The notes under the pieces were generated by a model. It ran no database searches and was not told where the DNA came from. It saw nothing but the letters and a program-made list of their open reading frames with translations. Below are positions 22,237-33,812 of a stretch of DNA of 52,871 nucleotides, in pieces. Location of the stretch: positions 1 to 52,871 of the forward strand of contig LVLI01000944.1 in NCBI GenBank assembly GCA_001687465.1, written 5' to 3'. The translations under genes were made by a program, and so were the position numbers. How positions within the stretch are numbered: position 1 is the stretch's first letter; the number at the start of each line of letters is the position of its first letter. This stretch comes from Halocafeteria seosinensis. Lineage: Eukaryota.

Positions 22237-25123
22237 TTAAATTAGGCCAAATCCATGACTCTCCTTGATAGCCGCCTTCAGTTTGCTCTCTAACTTTTCG
22301 TATGTGGGATACTCTGGGAGCAATATATGATTGAAGCAGGTGTGAGCTGTTGGAAGTCTGTAAATAGAACAAAGCAACTACCATGAAAGTTTGGCTTATT
22401 CCTCCCTTAATTCTAACTTACTGTGACGAATCTGGACCTGCACGAGATATGGTCAGCTCTAGAGTGCCCAGACCGCGAATTGGGGCACGATCTGACCCGG
22501 TCACAAAGGAAAGAAACTGTCGTTTTTCTTCCGGAGATAAACTGTGAACACAGGTCCAGAAATTATTTATCACATCATGGTTCCGATGATATGGCTCTTC
22601 ATAACTAGTAGTTCGCTCCAAATCCTGCATGTGGGACAGACGATGACACAGTTAGGCCTGCGCTGCAAGCATTGTACACCAAACGAGTACCATACCTCAA
22701 AGTCTAGGTCGCCACTGCCAATGACCAAGAGTTGGAGCTCCTCTGGTCTAAATAAGTCAAACGCAGGTCCGCCCGCGACGTTCAAAAAACCGGTTTTAAA
22801 GGCGTCGAACATGGGGGCAATATTGTCTTCCAATACCCATTGCACATAACGCTTAACGTAGTTATCCTTGTTATCCACCGTTACTGGAGTATCTGCTCCG
22901 TTTTCCACCAAATCTACAGTCTTGACATCACCCCAGATTGTTTCATAGCTTGCGGTGAAATTTAGAGAGAATATATCTTCGTCGTCTCCACCGTCATATT
23001 CCAGTAGCTTTCGTAACGAGCGACCTACGTCTGGTTTGAACTCTTCCATGTCCCTGCGAACCACAATCTAACTCTGTGTCTTACAACCTAGTGCTGTGCT
23101 GCTCATCCTTACCTAAGTGTCGGAGGCTCGTTTTTCAACTTTTTATAGAGTATTAGAGGAAAGTTAACGTCAAGAATGATCGAATTGTAAATGGCCAACC
23201 CAATTAGCGACCCAATCAACTCGAATTGTATTTTAGAAGCACCAGCGTCAAAGGCGTCCGGATTAAACCATATCAATTTTGTATCCGGATCTTCCTTGAA
23301 CATGCCGAAGGCGGGTGAGAATACTTGTCTAACCATTAGCTGCAGGAGGAATCAAAGGAGGCATACATAACACTATTCACGAAATCTACATGTACATACC
23401 AAAAAGAATTCCTTGCGAACGCCGCCTTCGTCTAACCCCGGCTCCCCTATAAATGTGACCCTTAGTGGCCGTTTCATTACAGTTTTGTCTGATGTTCGTG
23501 TCACTTGTTCTAGGGCATCCTCGACCAAGTGGTCACGTCTAATTTTCAGTTCGTAATACGGAACTTCAAGCATTCCACGAGCAAGCCCACTAAGGAATGT
23601 CTCCCGGTACTCCCGAGCCATCTGGTACCTTGAGTCTAACGTCAAGATAGCGCTTTTGGCGCCTGCGTCTAGAATAAAAGAATAGTTACAGAAACAAAAT
23701 ACTTGCGAGGAGTTTGTTCCATCCCTCCGCGCCTTTAGCCATTTCTTGAAATCATCCTGCAGCGCAAAATGAACTACTTCATCACGTAGCTCTGCTGAAC
23801 AGTGAGCTGGAGATGCTTACTTCCAGATTCACCTCCGTAGAGACCACATCATTATAGAACTCGTCGTATGACACAGCCCGTCTTCCAGTTCGCTTATATA
23901 GCATTTCGTTGGCGTCATGGAGCAAGGCAAGCCATGTGACGGAGGGGCGAATCTCATTTACAGCAACATTGCCTTGGCACAGCCGTAGCGTGATGAATTG
24001 TTGAGTGCACTGTACTATATACTGGAGGGTGTCCTCAGAGAGGTAGGAGAACCAAGTAGAGAGGACACTTCGCGCTTGAGGCTGCACTTTGTCAGCTAAA
24101 CGATACAAGTATTTCAAAGCGAAATGAGAATCGGGATCCATACACTGAGGATCCAACGCGACTACCAGAAATTGACGCAGCTGTACCGCATCAGATAATG
24201 GGTAAACCCCAGCATCACGCAGAGCCATTTGCGGATTGTCAAGCCACAAGAGCTGCTCCTGAAACGCTGCTTCATAAGCATGCGCAAGAGCGTTCCTTGG
24301 TCCTTCATGGTTTAGCTCGTAAATTCTTGTTAGAGCTTTATGCAGCCGATCCGCGTCTATTCCGGAATCATCTGGCGAAGCATTGCAGATCCCAGGATAT
24401 GAACCTTCCGCTGCATGGTAAACATCTTCCCGCAAGAATGAATGGTTCAGTAGCACCGGAGAACGAAGCGTCTTGCCTATGGTTCTTGTCAGTTCTGTAT
24501 ACTGCCCTTGCTGAGAACACGAATCGAGAAGATTCTCTATACCGGATACAGTGAGAATATCATCTTTCTTCACAACCGGATGATCCTTGCTTTTCTTCTC
24601 GGTATACTGAAAATTTTCTGCTTCCAAAGGACCCTCCTCCTTTTCGTCGTCTCCATCCTCCCTTGTTCGTTTGGAAGTAACACTTGACTTCCCTGTATCT
24701 GCCTTGCTCGGGCTAGTCGTTTCGACGGTAGTGGGGACACTCCCAGAAGAAGCAGCTGCTGCCGCAGACGGTTCTGCATTCTCCATTGAGACATCGTTAT
24801 CTTCACGTCCATCAGCTTTATCTTCTTCTTGGGTGCTTGCAAGGTTGCTCTCTGCCGAGCTTGAGGTTGATTGCCCTCCGCCACTCGATGGTCCACCCCT
24901 CTCGTTAGCCCATACGTGCGTCAATGCAGCAGCAGCGGCTTCGTTTCGAGAATATCCTCGGGACAAGAACTGTTGAAATTGTCGCTGGATAGCCCTGCAT
25001 TCACAAGAGGATTGGGTAGGCATGGCTCGCAGGCTGACTCTGGCGGAACCGATCGCTTCCTCTACCGATTCAGTGGACAACTTACTCTTTCAGGTGATCA
25101 TTGTTCTGTCCGGAAGCATTCAT
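22237..25123 (-). CDS. HECT E3 ubiquitin ligase, UBE3A/HECTD2-like, multi-exon
   Basis: [71 protein letters not shown], and a last exon LPTAHTCFN...GFGLI* (catalytic Cys; stop at 22237-22239). Confidence 0.93.
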
Positions 25124-26544
25124 CGTCTCAACGTCACTCCAGCCAGGTAGATAACAAAGTATAGCACTATGTTCCTTCTCAAAAAAGTTCCCGTCGAGCT
25201 ACCTAAATTTCACTACAGTATACTCAACTAACGACGTGTCAACCTACGCTAGTCTCATCCGTAATATACCTTGACACAATCCATATGTACTGAAGGACCT
25301 TTGGCCAACGTGCGTGTGCGTGCATACATGTATACGATCTGCCACCATGTCACTCAGCCTCAGGCGGCAAACAAATCGTTCACTGGGTTGGGACTTCATA
25401 CTGTAGAATTCCTTCGGAGTGGATATCAAAAGTTCTTTCATTCTTATTCCATTCATATTCCATTCATACAACAATAAATCCTGGTCCGGGGCACATATTA
25501 TACGCTTCATGACAAGCAAAGGGTCACACAAAGCGCAGACTTCTCGACTCTGCAGCCAGTTCAGCCCAGCCAGTCATGTGTCATTCCCTGCTCTTTCCCT
25601 CATTTACCGATTCTTCCATATTGATTTTTTGGGAATCCAATAAACGAAAATGCCACAGCTATTCATCGCTTGTATTTTGAATAATGTCTACGAACGAGAC
25701 GGAATTTGTGCCAATTGGTGACCAACTTGCCAAGCCAGCCAGCCGAAGTCAGGCTTTATCTAGGCAATGGGGACTGAGGCCCATATGTTCGGGCCACTTA
25801 TTGAAGGAGATTTCCGTAGGTGGTGAAGCTACAAGCAAAAGGATTTGCTTTGAACCAGTTTGGCAATGAGAAGCAACGGCTTCAGTGCCCTTTGTGGAGT
25901 TGCGACCGGCTAGCTGCACGGTTGGTTCAAGGTGCATTGGCGCGTTCGTTCATCCAGATGGTACGGGTCAAAACCGGACAATTGTAGATTTCTTTGAATT
26001 GAAAGGAGTTAGTTCTGTTTCCAACACTTTCTAGTGTGTCTAGTACCTATTGCACTCGTGTGGGAGCCTTTTTCACTCAGCTGAGCACAACGGCAAAACC
26101 CCCCAGCCTCTTGTTTGCTCTTCTGTCGCAGCGAGCAGTTCATACAAAGGTGTACAAGCTACCGATACAGGGTACGTGGTGTTTTCCTATCTCCTATTTT
26201 TCTTTTGAGTAAAGCGGCGCTCGATGTCCATTTAGTGCCTTGATTCATAGGACAGTCAAGCCGCCTTGTCGGGGTTGACGGCAGGGACGGTACCAAGGGG
26301 CGTTCGCAGGGAAGAACAGGCCGTAAGGGATTCCCGCGTCCTGGCTCTTCACTCGTCGGTCTCTTGCCATTAGTACATACACTTTCCGTGCTGATCTGGT
26401 TCTCAGTGGAGGGTTAACGGTATTCTTTGACTCTTGCTCTTGCAGTGAAATTGACCTGGGAGGTTACATAGCCACGAGTATTCTCGTAACCCGCTGTACA
26501 GAGGAACCCAACGTTGAACTAAATTCCAAGAAAACCGCAAGAGA

Positions 26545-29500
26545 ATGGCAGAGCAGGACGCAAAGGAAATTGGAGGAAACTGGCTGGAAGTGCATGATGC
26601 CGAAAGCGGGGCCAATTACTACTATAACACGGAAACTGAAGTTACCCAATGGGAGTATCCTGAGGAGCTTGGGTACGGCAAAGCGGTCGGTCAATAAGTG
26701 AAGTATTCGAATCGTATTGTTTTGGTTTTGGTCACAGAGGCGGAGCTGCAGAAGGAGAGGGAGCCGAGCCTCAAAGGGTTTGGGGAAACTGGATTTCGGC
26801 AAAGGAACCGGAAAGTGGACAGGAGTATTTTTTTAACCAAGAAACTGGTATGTCTGATCTAGTGGTCGTTAAACGCTATTGTATCTTATACTGAGTTGGC
26901 GCTTCAACTTCGCAGGAGTAACTCAATGGGAAATGCCTGAAGGATTCGATGAAAATGCGGTCTATGCCAGCGAGGTCGAAGGTAGTGCGACGGGAGAGGC
27001 AACCCCCGAGGAAAGTGTGGGTCAACAGGAGGCGTTGGAAGGGAAGGAAGAAGAACAGGAGAAGGAAGAGCCCTCTAAACAGGAACAACCTCCTGTTGAA
27101 CACGAGGAACATACGCCGACAAGTGTCCCAGGACAAGCCACTAACGCTGAAGGCACGGTGAAGGACGCCGATGCCAGTACAGGAATGGCGAAACAGGAGG
27201 AAACTCCTGACCAGAAGCAACATCCAACGAAGCAGTCGAAATCAAATACTGACGAAAACGCCTCGGAGCCAAAGGAAGCACCGTCCCAGGGAGATTCCAA
27301 AGGTGTTGAAGCGAGTGTCAGGACTGAATCGCGTAAAGATGACTCAAAGGAAGTGCTTCCCACTGAGGACAAAACGTCGGGAGAGACGCAGGAGCAAAAG
27401 GATGCGTCTGAACAGGGCGATGAGGACAAGTTTAGCAAACTGAAGAACTTCGCCCAAATTGGAGAGCAGCGGAAACAAGAGATTCAAGAGCGTCGGCGCC
27501 GACAAGCCGAGGAACGAAAGCGAATGAAAGAAGAGGCTCAAAAGGAAGCCAACGATGAACAAAACAAGTAAGAGTAGACAGAGTTATAGATACAAAAACT
27601 GTCCTTAGCATTATGTAAATCTGTGCAGAACTACATGGTCCATGGCGTTAGCCGAGCCTCCTCATCCTGAAGAGGTAGACAATAAGCCTATGGAAGACTA
27701 TGCGGAGGAACATTTCAATCTGAACCGGAAGGGTTCGTGCTGCGCTCCGATGGAAGCCGTTTCACATAGAAACTGTTCCACGTCATGCCTCTGCAGGTTT
27801 CTTGAATAAAAGAACTACGGTTGAGAAGGTTTTGTCGTGGAGTAAGTTACACCGCTTTGCATCGTGCTTCATGCGTGCCGTTTCATTAGTTTTCGTTCTC
27901 CCTACAGAGCATGAAACGATTAAGAAGTCACTTAGGATAATGCCTGATAAGGATATCGAGCAACAGGCACTTCAGTGTTTTCGCAACGTCACGGGTTTTA
28001 TGGGAGACCGCTCAAGTAACAAAGTGAGCATTCTATTTGGTGACTGTTTAGCCTCTTATTGTTATACTTTGCGTATGCTCTATACTCTTTACAGGAAGAA
28101 GGTGGCCACGCCGAAAAATTGCTCAAGGCATGCCTGGAAGCCCCGGAAGACTTGCGAGATGAGATATACTGCCAAATTATGAAACAAGTGACAAATAACC
28201 CCTCTCAGTAAGAGAATGCGTAGGAATCATATTCAAGTATACTTTTGGATTTTCTGTGGTTTCCACACACGCAGATCCTCCTTGTACCGCGGCTGGCAGT
28301 TACTCGCTGTTTGTTCAGGGGCCTTTCCACCATCAGCCACGCTAGAGCCTTATTTGATGTCGTTTTGTAACCAAAACAGAGAAGAAAAAGATGGAATTGG
28401 AGAACTGGCAAAGTAAGCGCCACCCTGTGCATAGGCTACATTGTGTGGCTTATACATGCGGTCGTTTTATCGCAGATTTGCTATGGGACACATCAAGAAG
28501 CTTTCAAAGCTTGGTCCCCGAACCGAAGTTCCCCATGCCTTGGAGATACTAGGCTGCATGCATGCCAAGCCTGTATTTTGCCGAGTTTTTCACATGGATG
28601 GTAGTAGCAACGTGATGCCGATCGGGTCTTGGATGACCGCCGCTGATCTCAATGATATGATGGCACACGAATTAGGCATTCTGAAGGGTGATGGATTCGC
28701 AATCTTTGAAATGACACCGGAAAATGGTAAGCATGGTTCGGTTTCGACATTTGTAGTGCACCGTCGTATCTCAACAGCGTGGCACTGAGTATACCGCAGA
28801 GGAGCGTCGCATCGAAACGAACACTAGGGTTTTGGACTTGATCTCCTATTGGCAACGGTTCCATGATGAGGAAAAGCAGAAAACCGACGCAACCAAGCAG
28901 TTCAGACTTGTATATAAGGTACACATGTACTTCGAGCCTTCGAAGAATGATACCTACGCGTTTCAGCAGCTGTATCGCCAAGCTGTATACGACGTCATTT
29001 CTGGAAGGTATCCAACTGCTGATAAGGAGTTCTGTGAGCTCGCAGCCGTTCAAATACAGGTCGAATACGGAGATCGGGGTATTGAATTGACCCCAGATAA
29101 CGTATGGCGCTTTATTCCCGACCGAGAAAAGAACAGTGAGGAACAGCGTAAGAAATTGTTAATTGACCGTATCGACAAGGCACGAATAGTGGTTCAAGGG
29201 AAGAACAAGTTCGAGGCCCAAAAATTTTACTTGGAAACCGTCCAGAATTGGAAGATGTATGGATCATCATTCTTCTTTGTTGAGCCTCAGATGTCCACCG
29301 AATTACCAGACGAAGTGTTTTTGGCTGTGAATCCCAAAGGCATCCTTCTGATTAACCCCGAAACGAAGAAAATTCTGAAAGAGTTCGAGTATAGCGAACT
29401 TCCTACATGGGGGCATAGTGGTTCATCGTTCGTGCTTCATGTGGGAGATCTGCGAAAGCAAGTGAAGTACTACTTTCAAACGGATCAGGGAAAAGAAATC

Positions 29501-29545
29501 AACCAATTAGTAAGGAACTACGTCGAGAAGCTCGCAGAAGGTTAA
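26545..29545 (+). CDS. WW-WW / acidic linker / MyTH4 / FERM protein with no myosin head, multi-exon
   Basis: WW1 NWLEVHDAESGANYYYNTETEVTQWEYP and WW2 NWISAKEPESGQEYFFNQETGVTQWEMP. MyTH4 FRNVTGFMGDR, LRDEIYCQIMKQ, RGWQLLAVCSGAFPPS. FERM QLYRQAVYDVISGRYP, ELAAVQIQVEYGD, WKMYGSSFF, LAVNPKGI. Confidence 0.88.
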
Positions 29546-30158
29546 CTAGCTCTTGCATGTGTTCGCTGACCTGTTGTTCTGTGCACTCGTAAAATGATTT
29601 GACAATGCACACTGTGGCGCTAGAGATTCGCTCCATATATGCACAAATACCATTGCATTTTCGTAGCAACCGATGCTTCGCGAGCTAGCAGGTTTAGTAT
29701 CGACAAGTATCACTATACTGCGGTCTCGAGCCAGTGTTCAAGGTGTACTCCGGCGGGGATAACTTCTTGAATAAGCAGCACTTAAGGCAAGTGCCTTGCA
29801 AGAACTTCTGCAACGATCGTGAGTGAAGAACTGAGAAATACTGTCGAATCGACAGTCAACCCGCGGAAGTGACTCAGTGATGAGTCACCCAGCCCCGTAG
29901 AATTCTTAATACAGTAATCAGCGAAATAACGGTGGAATGATTTTGCAGAAAGAACAAACGTTTTGGAGCGTACGCGAAAGTTTGGCTTTAGCATTGTCAA
30001 CAGTAAGTTGTGCCGCTCCGACCTTGCAACTCGTATACAAGGTAAGAATTCAGGGGCAACAGTCCTGCTTGGTTGGAAGCACACTCCCTAAGTTGTTCGG
30101 CGAACCTTCCACTGTTCCACAGTAATTGTAGGAGTATTGCAGATCCTTCCAAATAGAA

Positions 30159-31190
30159 ATGAAGGATGTAACGAAACTGGTTGTAATCGGTGCTGGGAGA
30201 ATCGGGAAATGGCACATAGAACACGTGACTACGCGGATTGTTGGGGTTGAGGTTGTAGGAGTTGTCGATATCAGTGATAAAGCAGCAAAAGAAGCCACAA
30301 TTCGATTTGATATTCCACATTTTTCGACTAATCTTGAAGAAATCCTAGATGAAACCTTGCCTGACGCAATCGTCATAGCCTCAAGTACGGACACTCACGA
30401 AGAAGCAATACGAAGTGCCGCAAGGCGCGGTGTGGATGTATTTTGTGAAAAACCGCTGTCAAACAATATTGAATCAGCTAACAGAATCAAGGATATGGTC
30501 AAAGAGCATGGTATCCGGTTGCAAGTTGGTTTCAATCGTCGTTTCGATCGCAGTTTTTCACGCGTGGAGGCGGCAATTCGAGAGGGCGAGATAGGAGAAC
30601 TGCATTCACTGAGAATAATCAGCCGGGATCCGTCGCCACCACCAATTGAATACGTAAAACGGTCTGGCGGACTTTTTGTTGACATGACAATCCACGATTT
30701 TGATATGGTGCGATTTTTGACCAAGGCGGAGCCCACCGAGGTCTTCGCAATGGGATCCTGCAAAGTGGATCCAGAAATAGGCGCTGTAGGTGACGTTGAT
30801 ACTGCACTGGTAATGATGAAGTTCGAAAACGGTATGCTCGCGACAGTTGAAAACTCCAGAAAAGCAACTTACGGTTACGATCAGCGGGTGGAGGCGTTTG
30901 GTGCTGACGGCAGTATTGCAACGGACAACATGTTCCCTAATACGGCAACAGTGTCCACAGCTAATGGAGTATCAAGAGACTTACCTATGCGGTTCTTCAA
31001 GGAGCGCTATGAAGACGCCTGCATTTGCGAACTTCAATCATTTGTGAACACTGTCAAGAAACGCACAAAACCGTTGGTTGACGAAGTTGACGGCACTGAA
31101 GCTTTAATGTTGGCAGACGCTGCACAGCTATCGTTGAAACAAGGGAGTCCCGTTAAACTAAATGAATTAAGGTATTCGTTTGGCACGTAG
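30159..31190 (+). CDS. iolG: myo-inositol 2-dehydrogenase (Gfo/Idh/MocA), intronless, bacterial-like
   Basis: GAGRIG, CEKP, VGFNRRFD, ISRDPSPPPIEY..SGGLFVDMTIHDFDM, NSRKATYGYDQRVE and FFKERY. Single 343-aa ORF. Confidence 0.93.
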   Translation: MKDVTKLVVIGAGRIGKWHIEHVTTRIVGVEVVGVVDISDKAAKEATIRFDIPHFSTNLEEILDETLPDAIVIASSTDTHEEAIRSAARRGVDVFCEKPLSNNIESANRIKDMVKEHGIRLQVGFNRRFDRSFSRVEAAIREGEIGELHSLRIISRDPSPPPIEYVKRSGGLFVDMTIHDFDMVRFLTKAEPTEVFAMGSCKVDPEIGAVGDVDTALVMMKFENGMLATVENSRKATYGYDQRVEAFGADGSIATDNMFPNTATVSTANGVSRDLPMRFFKERYEDACICELQSFVNTVKKRTKPLVDEVDGTEALMLADAAQLSLKQGSPVKLNELRYSFGT

Positions 31191-31314
31191 CACTGCTGTC
31201 CTGATAAACTGTGGTCCTTCCAAACTACAATGGACTCTCAAGCTTTACTAAGCTGCTTTAGCCTTATCTGGTATGAATCTGTACGTCGCTCCACTGTCTT
31301 CGAAGGCTAGTAGG

Positions 31315-32363
31315 CTAGTAGGGATCTTTTCGCGTGAGGATGAGGAATCGTATATGGTCACAGATGAATTCCGGATGTTGCTGCGATGTCGGAATAATCC
31401 TCACATTGAACCACTTCTGTACTTTGGTCAGAAAAAGACGAACACCTTCTCGCCCGCGGATATCGAAACCCAATAAGATCGGGGGAGAGCTACGAGAGCC
31501 ATGACACACCCTTCGGGGCCAGTAATGGCGCAAATCAGACTCCACTACTGGCAACGTATTACATAGCTCTTCCACGCTCTGGTTCGGAAACTTACACCAG
31601 GTCTCCGTAACAGGCTCCTGACGTCCGTTTGTAAGATCCAGTAGACTATCTATGAGTGGATCCACGCATGAGGAATAGTAGATGACTTCCACAGCTAAGA
31701 TACCATCCACGGGCCAGTCCGACGAGATTTGTAGCTTCGATCTTAGTTCTTCCACCTCACTTCCCCACTTAAAGTCGATAGCTCTAAGTGATCCGCGGAT
31801 AGTTGGCGAGTTTTGTTCTATATTTCTTTCCAAATTTTTCAGCACAGGACCTTCCAAGTCCGTCAAAGTTACGTTGGCACCCAGTGCCGCCGCCAGAGTC
31901 CCAACCAGACCAGTTCCTGATCCAAGCTCCAGGAGTGTGGTCTTTCGGAGGTCGTTACCCACCGATCCAAACTTATGTTCCAACATTTTGGCGGCAGCAA
32001 CTGCAGCTGTATAGACGCTAGTTCCAATAGCGCTAGGTGTTTGGTGAAAGTCTAGGTGTTCGGCCTTGTTTTCCAGGCCTGGGCTCTTCCAAGAGTCTAA
32101 GCGGTATTCATAGCATTCATTAAATCTATCACTATATGATTTTGTGTTCTGCATAGCAATAAAATATTCAGATAATGGAACAATATATAGTGGTAACTTG
32201 GCTTGACCCGGATTCAGCCTACCTGGTCCCAATCGACACGCTCCGTAGCACCAGGTCTCCGTGCTAAAGGGACATCGGAAATCCTGCGCCGGACCTCTCG
32301 TTTGAGTTCGCTGAACAGCTTCGACTTCTCCTCCTGCTCTTGCGGGGAGATGTCGGACATCAT
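31315..32363 (-). CDS. METTL21/Methyltransf_16-family protein-lysine methyltransferase, 2 exons
   Basis: IGTSVY.AA, LLELGSGTGLVG, VTLTDL, LERNIEQN, FKWG and ILAVEVIY. Exon 1 MMSDISPQ...DWDQ|GT splices to the large ORF at NTKSY. Confidence 0.85.
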
Positions 32364-33173
32364 ATTTGAGTGTTCTCTGGATAGTCAATGGCACTGGTCA
32401 TCAGGCAGATCCACTGCTCGCCTGGCTCGTCAGGGTAGAAAAAGATACACACGAGTTGTGATAACAATGCGGTGAAGTCTTCTTTTGTGGGAGGCTGGAG
32501 GAAGAGCTTTAGTGATGGATGTTAAGCACGGGAATAACTAACTATTAAGGGGCGTATGTAGTGAGACTACTGTACACTGTACGCGCCGCCGCGGCAATTC
32601 TGTGTTGTGAAGCTGCTTCCGCCTGAGCAGGTCGCCAAGATGTAAGCACAAAGTGGAGTGTTTCCGTATTAGTTAAGAGACAATGGAAGCAACTCAATGC
32701 CATTAGCAAACACTGGAGACTGTATATGCCGAAGAGGTCTTGCTCCACTGTCCGCTTGCTTACTTTTAGCGAAGAAGTACCAAGCGAGAGCATGAGATTT
32801 TCACCACCACCCACAGGTTGGCCCAATACGATTCGTTGACTCGGTCATACCGTTGGTTTGGAAGCAGATGGGGCCATTCAATGGATGTAGAGGTAAACTA
32901 CGGGTTCCAACTGGAGAGAATCTCGTACCTATGCTGTGAGCCTCAGTTGAAGTTCCTGGTGTTAGCTGTCCGAGACTGTAGTGGAGCCCCTCTCCATTAC
33001 GCTCGTTTCATTAAGTATTAGGAGTTTAAAGAGAGGATTTACTGCTCACTTGTACAGTGCGCATCTACCTTTTATCGTATCCCCAGCTCAGTCATCGATC
33101 TTAGTTGTTCTACGATCACTACTGGCAAAAGACTTGACTACGAATAGTCTACGATCAGTGATCACCGAGTACG

Positions 33174-33812
33174 ATGGCGCACCGAGTTTCTGCGAATACT
33201 ATAGCCAACTACAGCAGCCGATTTGACTCTTATGAGAAGATGACAAAAAATCGAGATGTCAGTGAGGCCTATAGCTTCTTTACTAGCCGGCTGCCAGAAA
33301 AGCATACCACAGTTCACTGCCATTCAATTTTGGATCTAGGATGTGGCCCTGGAAGAGACTTGGCCAAATTTGCAGAGATGGGTTACCATGTCATTGGTCT
33401 TGATGGTTGTCCAGAATTTTGTCAACTGGCAGAAGCAAATAGCAACTCCGAAGTTTGGAAACAGGACTTCCTCGAAATGGACTTACCCCACGAGTATTTT
33501 CATGGAGTGTTCTCTTACGCTTCACTCTTCCATGTCCCCAAGGAGTACTTATCGCGAGTACTCTCTCAGATTTACAAAACATTGAAACCGGGTGGTGTTT
33601 TGTTTACCTTGAATCCCAATGAGGAAAAGGAAGGCGAGATGGGTGACGGAAGGTATGCTAGCGTCCTCAGTCCAACTGAGGAACGAGAACTATATTCCAA
33701 AGCTGGATTGAAGCAGATAGACCAGCGGATGTTCCCAGCCTACCTGCCTCCGCAAGGACCACCATGGAGAGGCTGCTTGTACCGAAAAGTTGACGGGGAA
33801 TCTGTGCAGTGA
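33174..33812 (+). CDS. Class I SAM-dependent methyltransferase, intronless, bacterial-like
   Basis: ILDLGCGPGRD, IGLDG, EVWKQDFLEMDLP, FHGVFSYASLFHVP, LKPGGVLF, and a terminal P..LP....PW...YRK. Confidence 0.88.
   Translation: MAHRVSANTIANYSSRFDSYEKMTKNRDVSEAYSFFTSRLPEKHTTVHCHSILDLGCGPGRDLAKFAEMGYHVIGLDGCPEFCQLAEANSNSEVWKQDFLEMDLPHEYFHGVFSYASLFHVPKEYLSRVLSQIYKTLKPGGVLFTLNPNEEKEGEMGDGRYASVLSPTEERELYSKAGLKQIDQRMFPAYLPPQGPPWRGCLYRKVDGESVQ

Noticed and set aside
25150..26540. Possible upstream exons (e.g. a myosin head) for the MyTH4-FERM gene
   Set aside because: No motor motifs or long reading frames. This is most likely a divergent promoter/UTR region.
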